Source: Eukaryota sp. GEM-RC1
Taxonomy: Eukaryota
Reading direction: 5' to 3'
Length of the DNA stretch: 64,000 nt
NCBI GenBank assembly: GCA_040285855.1
Contig: JAUFOQ010000004.1
Coordinates: 124,001 to 188,000 of the forward strand
Part shown: positions 24,175-36,300 of the stretch, piece after piece
How positions within the stretch are numbered: the first letter of the stretch is position 1
How the letters are laid out: the number at the start of each line of letters is the position of its first letter
Translations under genes and position numbers: made by a program
Notes under the pieces: generated by a model
The model's input: only the letters and a program-made list of their open reading frames with translations
What the model was told of the DNA's origin: nothing
Database searches by the model: none

Positions 24175-24686
24175 CTAGTACTTTTCGTCTTCAACGGCGT
24201 CCTTGAACACCCAAGCACATGGCCTTTCTTCTCCATCAATATCTTTGTGAATAAATATGACTAGAACACCTTCCGGGCTCATACTGGCACCAGTGTAAAA
24301 TTCGAGGTCTTTAAAGGAGGCAATGCATTTCTTGGCGAAAGGTTGAGCAGCAGCCATAAAAGCAGAAACACGTTCAGGGTTTGTTTTTTCAAGATGCTCC
24401 TTGATTCTACGGAACATCATTTTAAGATAAGTAGCAAAAGACTTCTTGTCGAAAGTAGTGGCCTCAAGACTTTGGTCAACAACGATGTTCTTGGCATTAC
24501 CAATACAGTCGGGATGATCAGAGGCACAAGGTTGGTTATCTTGGTCAATGTAGATATAATTGCCAATAACCTCATAAACGATGTCATCAACTACAGAAAA
24601 ACGGTAAGAATCAGAGAAGAGTTCGTCGCCAGTAAAAGTATCCTTAAAAACCTGAGTTCAGAAAAAAAATGAATGCATACGCGCAT
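24175..24686 (-). CDS. TCTP: Translationally controlled tumour protein (29-nt intron 24652-24680; one frameshift near 24420)
   Basis: Spliced MR|VFKDTFTGDELFSDSY..., FDKKSFATYLK, TNPERVSAF, EFYTGASMSPEG, FKD. Confidence 0.9.
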
Positions 24687-24933
24687 TATGAAAAGAGGAA
24701 GAGAGAATTTAACCACGTCTCATCTACATTGTACATCCACTAGCAGTACATCAAGAGTCAACTAGCGTAAAACTCTTTATAGCGTTATCTTTGAATGTAC
24801 TGCGAACTCGTTGAACAATCTCATGTTAATACAAGACTTTGTTTGTCATGTGACGAAATGATCGAGAGTTTATTTATCTCAAAAAGCTAAATACAAAGAC
24901 AAACTAAAAAAAATCGTGTTAGTGTTGCTAAAA

Positions 24934-25470
24934 TTACCTGAAGATATGCTGATAGTAGTACTTTAGCTCATCTATCGAGTTGAATACATCATCTAACGCG
25001 CGATGTTTGTTTTTCTTGACAAATTTGGGTAATGAAGGATAACGCCGAACAACAATTTCCTTAATCGTGGAAACGTCCAAAATTCTGTAATGGAGATAAT
25101 CATGGACAGCAGGGAAATACTTTGCAAGAAACTTCAGGTCTGAATGAATACTATTTCCAGCAAGAGGAGCTTCTTTTTTTGCACAATGTTTGGAAATAAA
25201 AGAAAGAAGAAGTGATTCGGCATCTGATTCTGTGCAAGTACTATTTCTGACACGGTCAACTAGGCCAGACGCTGTGTGTGTATTAGTATTCCAGTCATTC
25301 ATGTTTTTGAGCAAGTCATCAGACTGATGGATAACGATTGGACCAAGTGAATCCAAAGGATTGAGGTCTTTGTCTGTAATAACACAAGCAAACTCAAGAA
25401 CACGTTCATTCTGCTCATTTAAGCCAGAGAATTCGGCATCAAACCATACAAGGGGTAGGTCAACGTACAT
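24934..25470 (-). CDS. REXO2: Oligoribonuclease (Orn/REXO2)
   Basis: LVWFDAEFSGL, HTASGL, LAGNSIHSD, HYRILDVSTIKE, HRALDDV. Confidence 0.93.
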   Translation of the reverse strand: MYVDLPLVWFDAEFSGLNEQNERVLEFACVITDKDLNPLDSLGPIVIHQSDDLLKNMNDWNTNTHTASGLVDRVRNSTCTESDAESLLLSFISKHCAKKEAPLAGNSIHSDLKFLAKYFPAVHDYLHYRILDVSTIKEIVVRRYPSLPKFVKKNKHRALDDVFNSIDELKYYYQHIFR

Positions 25471-25968
25471 AAGATCACCAATGGTTAGAAGAAACACCTC
25501 GATATTTAAATTCTTTTTGAGAAAACACGGTCACGTTTGCATACATGTAGGTGCTTGAAATTCACATATTCTCAACTACTGTGCTTGACACTCATTGTAT
25601 TCTGACAAAGGAGTCATTTCCTTGTATGTAAATGCTGTGTTGATAGCTGTGTATTAACACAGCGTAAAGACATCCTTTGTATTGTTTGCTAAACAGGACA
25701 TTCCTTAAATTGTCTCTTAAGCAAAATTCCAATTAAAAGATTTATTCACAAGAAGTACGGTAGTTTTGATTGGAAGTATGACACTGCAGTGGACTTTGAT
25801 GCGGTGCAACATAAAAAACATCGTTAGTGACACCGTTTCACAAAACTAAATAAATAGATACCATTACTGGATTTCATCAAATACAGATAAATGAAATCAA
25901 TCGAAGTAGTGACCACACTCTCAAGTGACTCAGTGTAACACGAAAAGAGCGAACATTGGAGAAAGGAA

Positions 25969-26214
25969 TTAAGTCTGTTTCGCCAAATCACATGTTAAGG
26001 TGCGTTGAAAGAGTTCTGAGCGATGGAGATTATCAATTGCTGCATACGCGTCCTCTGCTTCTTCAAACTGAACAAAACAGTGACCTTTGTGATTTGTTGT
26101 GGAAGGATCAGAAGGAAAGTCGATTCGAATTATGTGACCAAAAGGAAGACAAAGAGATTCGATTGTGTCGTGGTTGACTTCTGGGCTCAACCCTGAGATG
26201 TAAACGGTGGCCAT
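25969..26214 (-). CDS. Stand-alone RRM protein resembling the cyclophilin E (PPIE/Cyp33) RRM
   Basis: VYISGL...LPFGHI...HKGHCFVQFEEAEDAYAAIDNLHRSELFQRTLTCDLAK; no cyclophilin domain follows. Confidence 0.8.
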   Translation of the reverse strand: MATVYISGLSPEVNHDTIESLCLPFGHIIRIDFPSDPSTTNHKGHCFVQFEEAEDAYAAIDNLHRSELFQRTLTCDLAKQT

Positions 26215-26302
26215 TTTGGTATATAAGGTCGTGCTGCTGCTGGTTCAGAAATCTGAAATTTCTTTCGCTCTTGTTTGTCAGAACAACACATGTTCTTACC
26301 AC

Positions 26303-27268
26303 ATGTTCAACACTTATGAAGTATCGTTCTCCACAAACGAAGTAAATGATGAGTTTAAAACTTATGTAGCTGAAAACGGTTCTTTTGTTCGCTGTCTTAA
26401 CGTCCCCTCCAATGACACTGTATCAATCGGGATAGACTTGTCTGTTTATCCTATCACAGCCTCTCCTTCTGGTATTCATTTCATTCCAACTGGATTACAT
26501 TTCTTGTACATATCTTCTACTAATTGCCCAGTTGTCCAATCTTTTTTCCACTTTTTTGAGCAATCAACTTTTCTAGAAATCATGTGGAAAGAAGACACCA
26601 TTACCACCACAGTTTCTTCTTGTAACAGTCCTCTTGATTTTGAAAAGGCTTCAAGTTTCTGCTATCCACTTCATTTGTACAAGAGTTGGCTGGAGTTTAG
26701 TTTTGTTATTTCCAAGAATGTTTGCCAAGACTTCAACTTGACCTATTCCACTCTTTTGTTCTCAGACCAATACCTGTCTACCTCTCTCTCCTTTCCCAAT
26801 GTCTCTAAACTACCCCTTGCTCTCAAACCTTTCTCTCCTTCTGAAAGGTCTCGACTTGCTCTAGATCAGTCTTGGAGACTAGAGGCTTTATGGTCTTCTT
26901 CTTTTCCATCCTCTTTGTTTGGTCAGCTTCAGTCCTGCTTTATTCTCTTTTACCTTGGACAGTGTTTCGATGGTCTTGTTCAATGGATCAATGTTCTAGA
27001 GCTTATTTCACAATCACAATCATTTCTGATTAAATATTCAGCACCTCTTCTGCGTGTTTTAAAGAGTCATTTGGAGTTTTTAAAACAAGTTGGCGATGAC
27101 TCCCTTTTCTTCACAAATTCTTCAGAAAGATCGTTGCCACAGTGTTTATCTAGAATAAGATCTGTATTAGTTGAAAATAAGAGTATCTGTCCAGTCGTTG
27201 ATGAGTTATTCGAGTTCTTTTCTGAAGATGATGAAGAAGATTTTCTTGTAGTTGATGATTTAAATTGA
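26303..27268 (+). CDS. AAR2: AAR2 (U5 snRNP assembly factor)
   Basis: IGIDL...GIHFIPTGLHFLYIS, LDQSWRL, LFGQLQSCFILFYLGQCFDGLVQW, acidic C-terminus. Confidence 0.85.
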   Translation: MFNTYEVSFSTNEVNDEFKTYVAENGSFVRCLNVPSNDTVSIGIDLSVYPITASPSGIHFIPTGLHFLYISSTNCPVVQSFFHFFEQSTFLEIMWKEDTITTTVSSCNSPLDFEKASSFCYPLHLYKSWLEFSFVISKNVCQDFNLTYSTLLFSDQYLSTSLSFPNVSKLPLALKPFSPSERSRLALDQSWRLEALWSSSFPSSLFGQLQSCFILFYLGQCFDGLVQWINVLELISQSQSFLIKYSAPLLRVLKSHLEFLKQVGDDSLFFTNSSERSLPQCLSRIRSVLVENKSICPVVDELFEFFSEDDEEDFLVVDDLN

Positions 27269-27779
27269 GAATATGTTTTAGTGCCAATTACGTTGTTCAA
27301 GTGTATTTTTACTCTTCTTTTCAAGAAGATTATTGACAATGATAAACATACTGAATTCCTCAAACTCCAGTATTTTTCTTTAAAGAAATAGTCGAACTTT
27401 TTCATAATCAGTAATAACCTTTGTTAATTAACACATCAGCCATAACATGTTCTAAAAATGAAACAATTCCTTAAAATTTACACAGACAATACAATTGATC
27501 CCCAGCCCTACTTTTAAAAATAGAAATAAAACAGTTACAATTCAATAGATGGTCAGTTGTTACCAATTTCCCACACTGACATTTCAAATTGTTAGGAACT
27601 GTATTAGGTCAAATATAGGAACGCAAACGCATGTTAAGTACTCATTTCTGGATATGTGTTTGTGTTTCGAATCATTAGTTATATATTAGTATTTGTTATC
27701 GATGTATAGTTCTATTACATTTGTTCAAAATCTGTGAATGCCACGTTCAATCATGTTTTTAATTGTAAATCCACAACAG

Positions 27780-28320
27780 TGATCAGTGTTTATTGATGTT
27801 CAGATCTAATGGTTTCCACGGCAAAGATGAACCTCTTTTATCTTCTTTTTCTGATTCCGTTATTCGGAACAAAAGTCTTGATAATTTAACATGACCTTGG
27901 AGGAATTCTCAAGAAATTGTACTGGACTTTACTACAGTTGATCCTTGTAATTGTACTTCTATCAAAAAAGTATTTAATGATGAATTTTGGGCCATTGACA
28001 CAAGAAAGTTCTTCGATATAGGGATTGTTTTGAAAAGTTAAACTCTCAAAGACACAATGCTTTTGTTTTTCAACCTTTTGGAATTTCTTTCTCTTTCTAT
28101 GGAAATTTAGGTACTGCAGCTAATAACTTCTTATGTTCGGTTAAGGATTTGTGTAATAATTTCGGTACACAGTTCAACAGTGGTCTTTGGAGAGATCGTC
28201 TTGTTCTTGTTATATTTCGTTCTATGAAAAATTACTTTGATGATATCTTGAAGAGTTTGTTTGGCGGTGGAGCAGGTTGTGTGATAGGGTAGGTTTATCT
28301 GTCTATTTTATTTTCTATAG
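27780..28320 (+). mobile_element. Decayed CRE-like LINE 3' fragment (RLE domain)
   Basis: Degenerate GFHGK.EPL, DFTTVDPC, FQPF and WRDRLV segments homologous to the 30994 and 37964 copies. Confidence 0.7.
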
Positions 28321-28572
28321 TCTAAGTTTATTGAATATAGCACTTTCTTTTTACAAAATAGTAATGATTCAACCGAGTGATTGAACAACAACTACGCCAA
28401 TTTCAACTTGAAATTTTCAAGTGTATTTAATTCGACCAACGTACTGATGTATGACAGTCTTTATATCTTTAGTTTCGGAAAAGAGGGAAATTGAGCGACA
28501 TTCCGCAGAAAAATCAACTGACATATTTGACAATTCTCACCACTTACTACCTCTCCCATTTAGAAGTCCCAA

Positions 28573-28983
28573 ATGCCAGTTTATTCACTCTCAATACTTA
28601 ACTCTTCGGGAGGACTTATATTTCATAGAGACTACATAGAATCAGAAAGCAAACTGGAAGGAAATCGACTCATGATGTGGGCTTCCCACTTCCATCCTCT
28701 TCGATTCATGGCCAGAAACATATCACCAGTGGAATCATATTGCGGTCTTGAAGAAATAGTCACACCAACCTTTAAGATGTTGTGCAAAACAGCAGAGACT
28801 GGAATCCAGTTTCTGGTCAATGTTGACCTTCAATTCAGTAACAGAGAAACTCTACTTAATGGCATTTATTCATTATACGCAGATTATGTACTGAAAAATC
28901 CATTATATGTCTATGGACAAGTTATTAAAATACATTTGTTTGACAAAATGTGTCGAGATTTGGTTTCCAAATACCAAACTTGA
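28573..28983 (+). CDS. TRS23: TRAPP complex subunit Trs23/TRAPPC4 (sybindin family)
   Basis: ILNSSGGLIF, ASHFHPL..ISP, TGIQFL, IYSLYADYVLKNP.Y, LFD. Confidence 0.85.
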   Translation: MPVYSLSILNSSGGLIFHRDYIESESKLEGNRLMMWASHFHPLRFMARNISPVESYCGLEEIVTPTFKMLCKTAETGIQFLVNVDLQFSNRETLLNGIYSLYADYVLKNPLYVYGQVIKIHLFDKMCRDLVSKYQT

Positions 28984-29017
28984 AAAGAATAAATCAAAAA
29001 TACAAAAGAAAAATACA

Positions 29018-30376
29018 TTAAGAAAAGAGCAAATTTCGACTAAATAGTTTTCGATCGTTACCATGCCTATTGTTTGACATTCCAGGTTTATACCGCGCCT
29101 GTGATATAATTGACAAATTTCTCTGAATACGATCATTGTGAGTAGAACTTTGACTGGAGAGCTCTCGCAAGACATCTGAGCCTCGACGCCGTTTACTATC
29201 ATCATTGAAGATATTTGGCCTTGAGTTCTGTCGATTGCCGTTTCCATTAATGGAAGGTGCAAGGAATGGAAGTCGGGAATAATCTGATTGTGTGTGATGA
29301 GAGACTGCTGAAGAGGGAGGAGAAATGGAAGTAGGTGAGGGAGCAGAAGCGGCAGTGTAGTGGATCTTGGGAAGGCCTTCAGAAGCACCGCTCAGTGGAG
29401 GTTCAGTCCTGACTTCAGGAGAAGTAGACTCGTTCAATCCAGCTGAAGTGAATAAATAGGAAGAGAGTTGAGGTGGGGCAGCAGCGGGGGGAGTCTTGAG
29501 AGGCCGTGGGACAGAGATCTCGGATTGGAAAAAGGGATATTGAAGAGCTTGGGCGGCAGTAGGTCGTTGTTGGGGATCAAGCTTCATTAGATCAGTAAGC
29601 AGTTGTATAGCTTCTGGCGACGCTGTAGGTATGATAGTACTAAGAGGACTGGCTTTAACACTTGGAAACTTGAAGTTCATAGCGGAGGCTAGACGTAAAC
29701 CTTCTGACCAAGTTTGCTGAGTTGGCGGACCAACTACGGAACATATTTTGTATAGCTCATCAACTTCAGATGATCCTGGGAAAAGCGGTCGATTCATATA
29801 AAGTTCAGCCATAATTGGTCCACACGCCCACAGATCTAGTGGAGAATTGTAACTCATTGACCTAAGAAGCACTTCAGGAGCACGGTACCACCGAGTAGAG
29901 ACATATTCGGTGAACGGGGGTCGAGAGCGTATCTCACGGGCTAAACCAAAATCTGCAAGTTTGACAACATCTTTGCTCACTAGAAGATTTTCAGGCTTCA
30001 GATCCCGATGAAAGAAGCCGTGTTTGTGACAATGTGCTAGGCCTTGAAGAACTTGGAACATTATGTTGCGAATTTTGGCTTCAGGGAGAGATTTATCACG
30101 ATTCTTGAGAAGCTGGTACAAGTTGTATTCCATATATTCAAAGATCATGTAGAGTTCATCGTTCTGACGTATGACTTCCTTAAGTTTGACGATGTTGGGG
30201 TGATTAAGTTTCATCAAAGACTTGACTTCGCGAAGATTCGTGCATTCCGACCATGAATAGAACTTGGTTTTCATGCGTTTGATGGCGACCACTTCGCCGG
30301 TTTGATTGTTTACGCCTTTAAGAACACATCCAAAGGAACCATCACCAAGTTGTTTTAGAATCTTGTAGCGCTTCAT
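29018..30376 (-). CDS. MAK/ICK (RCK family) Ser/Thr kinase
   Basis: [50 protein letters not shown]. Confidence 0.95.
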   Translation of the reverse strand: MKRYKILKQLGDGSFGCVLKGVNNQTGEVVAIKRMKTKFYSWSECTNLREVKSLMKLNHPNIVKLKEVIRQNDELYMIFEYMEYNLYQLLKNRDKSLPEAKIRNIMFQVLQGLAHCHKHGFFHRDLKPENLLVSKDVVKLADFGLAREIRSRPPFTEYVSTRWYRAPEVLLRSMSYNSPLDLWACGPIMAELYMNRPLFPGSSEVDELYKICSVVGPPTQQTWSEGLRLASAMNFKFPSVKASPLSTIIPTASPEAIQLLTDLMKLDPQQRPTAAQALQYPFFQSEISVPRPLKTPPAAAPPQLSSYLFTSAGLNESTSPEVRTEPPLSGASEGLPKIHYTAASAPSPTSISPPSSAVSHHTQSDYSRLPFLAPSINGNGNRQNSRPNIFNDDSKRRRGSDVLRELSSQSSTHNDRIQRNLSIISQARYKPGMSNNRHGNDRKLFSRNLLFS

Positions 30377-30974
30377 TATAAAAGAGGAAAGAAAAAATTC
30401 CGATTATTCAGTTGGTAAAAACAGAACAGAAAAAAGTCTCAACAGACGTCACTACCCTTCACTTAGTCTCATTCCATGATCAGAGTGTCGAGATGTAATG
30501 AATAAACACTGTCGTTAATTTGGAATCCAATTCTGAACAACGTTCTTATCCTAAATGAACATCATAATACTGCTGATGAAGTCTCAGTTTGTGACAGGAT
30601 CGGAAAGAATATTTAACAATAAATATCGCCCTACCCCTCAACTACAGTGAACACAACTTGTTGGATCATACAATGAATCTTAATCTTCTACATTTACTCT
30701 TTTGACTTCAGTATTGACCAGGGTTTCTCATAAATAAACATAATTTATATTTATATTTATTTTTGCCACTTTTTCACGATCATACAACTAGAACAAAATA
30801 GAACAAAATATATATAAATATGAATAAAACGCCAGAAAATACACTTCATTGATCTACTTAGTGCACGAGTTAATTAATTGCTCAAGGTTTTCTATGAAAC
30901 TTTATGCAGTACCCAATAAGGTAACCTTCTTACAAAACTATGAAATTGTAAAAACAAACAAATAATACTAAGAT

Positions 30975-31755
30975 CACTCAACAACCACGTTCTTTGGGTT
31001 TGCATTTGTCTGATGAGGCTTGGAAATTAAATATGCGATTGCGTTTAGGTTTGTTTTCTGCAGAATTGCTGGACAATTCTGAGTGCATTTGTAGTCATCG
31101 TCGCAGTGCAACTTTTAGACATCTAATTAATTGCCCCAAATTTATTCAATTTCGCTCAGTTCTTCATAATGCTGTAAAAGATGTTACATTTGAAATGTTT
31201 AAGGCTCATGGATTTCATGCCAAAGTTGAACCCTTATTTAGTAAGTTGGGTCTTGATTTAATTAATAATTCTCGTCGAGGTGACTTACATGGTCCTTTCG
31301 TTGATTCTAGTCAAATTATCCTTGATGTTACAACAGTTGATCCATGTGCTCAAACTTATGTTAATGGCTTGAATTCAAAAGGTTTTAATCACCTAGAAAC
31401 AGCTGAAAAACGTAAAATTGATTTGTATTCCAAAGATGTTGCTAAACTCAATCAAAATTTATATTTGTTCCATTTGCTATATCTATTTTTGGTAGTATTG
31501 GTGAAATGGCTTCTAAGTTTTAAACTGATTTTGGATCTATGTGTCAGTCTCAGAATAATAGATTTAACATATCAATTTGGCATAACCGTTTGATTTTTTC
31601 TTTGTTCCGTTCGGTGCCTAAGTTTTTTAAGTCAATCTTCACAAAGTTGTATAAGAACTGTGGTACTGTTGACCAGGAATTTTCTGTGTCTATTGTTTCA
31701 TAGCTTTTATTATGATATGTATTTGTGTACCCTCCATCAATAAACTGTATTTTTT
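30975..31755 (+). mobile_element. 5'-truncated CRE-like non-LTR retrotransposon (CCHC plus restriction-like endonuclease domain)
   Basis: ORF 30994-31593: C.C...HLINC...LHN...EP...RGDL...DVTTVDP...AEKRK. 10-bp TSD ATACTAAGAT (30965-30974, 31756-31765). Confidence 0.88.
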
Positions 31756-31785
31756 ATACTAAGATTAAATCCGAACGACTTCATC

Positions 31786-32394
31786 CAGGGGTGGGACAAC
31801 AGAATTGCTCCAATATTTATTTCCGCTCGTTGAGGTGGAGCAATATTTATTGTTACACCGGTTAATTATTACAATATTGCAATATTGTTCATATACTTCA
31901 AGTTGTTCATTTCGTTGTTTCGCATCACCATTTGGACTTCCAAAACCATTTTTGTTGTCTTATGTGTTTAAATATAGTGAGAGTTGCTTTATCGGTAATG
32001 ATTTCTAGTTGTCATAATGTGTATTATTTGAGCTCGTTCGAGTCTTAACTGACGTACAATGTAAAATCTTTCCTCTGAAGTGATTTTCTCTTGAGCCCTC
32101 CAGTCTTGAAATGCAAATAATGATGAAAGAAAACAGTAATTTTTTAGGATGAAGCTACTGTAAGACAATCATGAGCAGTAAACAATTCGATGATCTAGAC
32201 AATTGTGTTGAGATTGTTTCGGATACTTGTGACGATGATGAACAATATCATATGTGGGTGTTTTGTAATAAATACATAATATGATTCGACCAATATTGCA
32301 ATATTTATTGGTACTACTGTATTTCAGAATTGCAGTATTTATTTTGTGGCTAAAAAATATTTATATTTATTGCAATATTGTTTTCCCACCCCTG
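31786..32394. mobile_element. hAT-type non-autonomous element
   Basis: TIR CAGGGGTGGGACAAC / GTTTTCCCACCCCTG; perfect TSD ACTTCATC (31778-31785, 32395-32402). Confidence 0.9.
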
Positions 32395-32408
32395 ACTTCA
32401 TCACCACC

Positions 32409-34711
32409 CATGGTGCGCAAATTAGCGGTACGTACCGATTTATTTTATCCGTACCGATGACATTTGATGTCTAATACAGCTGTGTTCATAAACAATTTTA
32501 TTCTATTCAAAAACACTATTTCCAGAGTTTAGGTGCATCAAACTGTCAAAGTCGGCATCATCACAATTTTCTTCTGCCTCTTCCATTCGTTTGGAAATCC
32601 ATTGTTCGAGTCTTTGGGCCTTTTTGAGTGATCTCTCACGTAGTAGTCGTTCGTTAAATGCTATGTGAGTTAAAGCCGACAGCGTTGATGTTTTCATACG
32701 ATTCCTAAGCTTCGTTTGTACCATTGACATTGTGGAAAAGTTACGCTCAGCAAATGATGTGCTGCTGATTTGACTAAGAGTGATTATCGCGATCTTTTGA
32801 AGTCTTGGATATCCAGAGCCATGTTTCTCCCACCACTCACCTGGAGACATTGTATCAGCCAGTGTACGAATGAATTCCGTTGCTTCTGCAATTTCTTGAG
32901 CAAAGCTGGTCATATCGTTTGGGATCACAACCCCATTAGCTAAATAGGCTGTCAATTCACTTTCACAGATATGAGCATCTCCTTCCTCAAGAAGCTTACT
33001 ACAGAGAGAATAAAAACTAGCCATAATACGCAACATTTGTTCACTTTGCCCCAACCCCCTTACTGCTTCGAAATGTTTAGGATCCAACAGAAAGGCAACA
33101 TATTGGATCGGAGTCAGCAACATACTGATTCTTGTATCGTAGGCTTTCAAGATTTCGTTTCTTTCTGTTGCTGACAAAAGGTTGGAAAACTGGTTCCAAT
33201 TTCCGATCGGACGGTTGCAATTGTGGGCACAATTCTGCTGATGTAATGTGCCTCCGAATCAACCATCTGTAAAAATACAACCACTGGCTTCCAGAAAGAG
33301 ATGATCTGTTTCACTTGATTCCAGAAGAACAGATTTTGAGTTTCATTCTGCAAAGCAGTGTAATCACCTCTCTGATCCCGATTCTGTTTCTTCACCCAAT
33401 TCTCGAATAGAGGGTCAGCCAGTGTTTCAACAACGGCTTCTCGTAACTCATAGATTCGAGACAAGCTCAAAAAATGAGTATAAAATCGTGTGACAGCATA
33501 CTTGATCAACATTTTTGAGATTTTTCAAGGAAGAGACGTTTTAGTTCAACATGGTTGTTGATAACTTTAACAATTTTGTTAGCAATGCCGATTACTGTTT
33601 TAAATTCTTGGCTCTTACAAGAATCTTCGAGAAAAAGATCCAAACAATGTGCAGCACATGAAGTTGTGTAGATTTTTGGGTGTACTTCTTTAATAAGCCT
33701 CGTAGCTCTGAGAAAATTTGACCCATTATCTGTCACAATTTGAACAATTTTGTCTGCTCCGAATTCTTGAATGTGAGCCAAGAGATAACGAGCAATAACC
33801 TCTTCGCTGAGTTTCTCCCTAAATTTTTTTGCTTCTCGAAATACAGCACCATCAGCTGAAACCAAAAGCACATTGACAATAGTTTGATCGTTGACGTTTT
33901 TCCACCCGTCACAGATCATTGTGCACTTTGTTGTTGAAAATCTTTGCATTATAGGAATAAGACGATCTGTAGTATCGAAAACTGTTTCCTTAAGAGTCAC
34001 AGTTCTAAAAGTGGTGGTACTAGGAGGTTGCCAATGCTTACCGTATTTTATGGCTGATAGAAGTAGGTCAGAAAGTTCAGAAGATTCAATGGCTCTGAAT
34101 GGAACATTGAACCGCGCAAACAGCTTCATTGCGTTTTGGTTCATTTTACCATGTCCCACTGTTTGAAAATCATCCAGTTTCGCTTGTTTAAGTGGAGGTT
34201 GAGTTGTATCTGAGGTCTGTGGGACTAAAACTACAGCTGAAGGAGAATGAGGAGGGGATATCGGATTTATTCCAAAAGATCGTATAGCACTTCTAATTGC
34301 CATTGTGAGAGAGCTTTGCGGATTCTGACAAGGAGCACACCCAACATTTTTAATCTCAGGAAGAAAGTGACCCAAGATCCGTGACTCTCTTCCCCTTAAT
34401 GTTCGAGGACAGTGGCGACAAGTAGCAACTAAGTTTCCATCGATCTTATGAATATCAGTGAGTTGTTCTGCAAGAGCAGTGTTTCTGAAGAAGCTCGACA
34501 TGTAAGATGGAGGGAAGCCTATGTATTCAGTAGAGTATAGTTGATACCAAATTAATTCTCACAAGGGTTATCATCTACTAGTACATATTTGGAATCAATC
34601 ATATTTATTTTTGTCGGTCAAAAGAACAGTACTGGTACACGTACTGTACGTACGTACGGTACGGTACGGTACGCCTAAAATCGCCTCGGTACGGAACATT
34701 TGCGTTCCATG
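32409..34711 (-). mobile_element. Full-length hAT DNA transposon
   Basis: TIR CATGGTGCGCAAAT / ATTTGCGTTCCATG; perfect TSD TCACCACC (32401-32408, 34712-34719); GTACG subterminal repeats; transposase inside. Confidence 0.93.
32503..34501 (-). CDS. hAT transposase (BED finger, DDE core, dimerisation domain; two frameshifts)
   Basis: CRHC..H..C, CDGW, TDNGSN, CAAHCLDL, TRF, WWEKHG...AERNFS...KLRNRM across ORFs 33506-34501, 33147-33512 and 32503-33177. Confidence 0.92.
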
Positions 34712-35494
34712 TCACCACCCGGTAAAAGATTACGTTTTTCAACATTAACCTTCACACCAAACTTGTACAATCTAATTCAGGTTTTCTATTGACTTGAAAT
34801 ACCTTGACGTGAAGTTTGAAATACTGAAGCAGACACAAATCAAAGTCAAGTCATTTTTCCTCACACTTTGCAATTTCAATGTCGAACCTAACCGATGCAG
34901 ACGAGCCTTTGCTTGTGTTCTGAGCCAAATTAACGACTATGTCCGGGCATATAATCAGTGATCGATTCTCATGGTCGTCTACGATGCTTAATATTGAATT
35001 GTTGAAGATCCACAGATCTTTATGGAATGGCGACACAGTTAGAGCAATTATACGAAGCAGAAATTCAACTAACCTTTTCGACAAGAAAGGGATGATCAAA
35101 TGGATTGTATATTCATCGATATTGACTGAGAGAAAAAGTACTAATAAAATATTTTGTTTTTATTTGTGTTTTATTTTGTTTTAATTCTATTTATTTCACA
35201 TTTTTTTGCACTTTTTGATGTTCAAATTATTTTAAATTATCTTCTAAGAGGGCCTGATCAATTTGCAGACTTCATTACATTTATACAAATCTGTAATACA
35301 ACAATGTTAATCTCCCTTGTTAATATTAATGATGATTTTGATTAATAAAAGGCGTTTTTTATATTACAATCAACAATTGCGGTAATCTACAGCAAGACAG
35401 AATAACCGAATCTTAGTCCAGTCAACGCTAGTGGTAGAATAGTTCAAATAGGTTACCATTGGTCACTTACCAAAGACATTTGTCGAAAGTATTT

Positions 35495-35944
35495 ATGTCA
35501 TCTTCAACAACTTCAGAATCAGGATACGAATATTGCGACCATCCTGCTGATATACAGCTACATTCTTGGGGCCACTCATTAGAATCTGCCTTTGATTCAG
35601 TTGGCCAAGCACTGATGAACTACTCTTCGAACCTGGATAGAGTCGATCCCGATCCTGAACAAACACAAGAGTTCGATGTCCAAGGATTTGACATGGAAAA
35701 TATGCTATACCGATTCCTTGAAGAGATCTTATTTTTGTTTCAAACAGATCATTTTATCACTAAGAAAGCTAAAATAACCAATCTAGATTGTGACAACTTC
35801 AGAGTTACTGGAGTTCTTGAAGGAGAAGTTTTCAACCCTAAGAAACATGAAAAGGGAGCAGACATTAAAGCCATAACCTATTCCGCGATGCGTATTGAAC
35901 AGGTAGAAAACGTTTATCATATATATGTCATTGTGGATATATAG
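35495..35944 (+). CDS. Archease (RtcB tRNA ligase cofactor)
   Basis: YEYCDHPADIQLHSWG, LYRFLEEIL, GADIKAITYS, YVIVDI. Confidence 0.93.
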   Translation: MSSSTTSESGYEYCDHPADIQLHSWGHSLESAFDSVGQALMNYSSNLDRVDPDPEQTQEFDVQGFDMENMLYRFLEEILFLFQTDHFITKKAKITNLDCDNFRVTGVLEGEVFNPKKHEKGADIKAITYSAMRIEQVENVYHIYVIVDI

Positions 35945-35974
35945 TGGGAGGCAAACTAAATAAAAGACAGATCC

Positions 35975-36217
35975 TTAGGTTGAAGTGTCATTAGAATCTT
36001 TGATCTCTGTGTTCGGTGGTAGGTCTGAAAGTGCTTTCTCAAGTCTGTTTGCTGTGAACTGGTCCTTAACTGTCAGGGTATAAGTTCTTCTGTTCGATAG
36101 TTTAACTCTGAATTTGACCGAAGTATCTTTCTTGTTACGTTTGATTATTACTGGGCCCGCAGTGCCCGTTCGTGCGATCCCAATAAATTCCTTAACACTC
36201 TGCACGGATTTAGCCAT
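35975..36217 (-). CDS. RPL38: 60S ribosomal protein L38 (eL38)
   Basis: MAKSVQSVKEFI..AR...IKRN...KFRVK...YTLTVKD...LPP. Confidence 0.8.
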   Translation of the reverse strand: MAKSVQSVKEFIGIARTGTAGPVIIKRNKKDTSVKFRVKLSNRRTYTLTVKDQFTANRLEKALSDLPPNTEIKDSNDTST

Positions 36218-36300
36218 ATTGAAGAAAAGAACAAGTTGACTTTTGAGAACTAGAATGAAGAACAAATTCTTTCCTTGTTTCTACACAATTCCTATCTGTG

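Larger units (their letters stand above)
30896..34778 (-). mobile_element. Short minus-strand LINE 3'-end fragment hosting three nested insertions
   Basis: Pieces 30896-30974, 31766-31785, 32403-32408 and 34720-34760 reassemble into the reverse complement of 38585-38697. 11-bp TSD AGGTTTTCTAT at 30885-30895 and 34779-34789. Confidence 0.8.
30719..35256. mobile_element. Second copy of hAT MITE family A, split by a nest of four later insertions
   Basis: 30719-30895 matches 3054-3250 and 34779-35256 matches 3240-3710; termini CAGGG...CCTG; no intact TSD on this copy. Confidence 0.85.
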
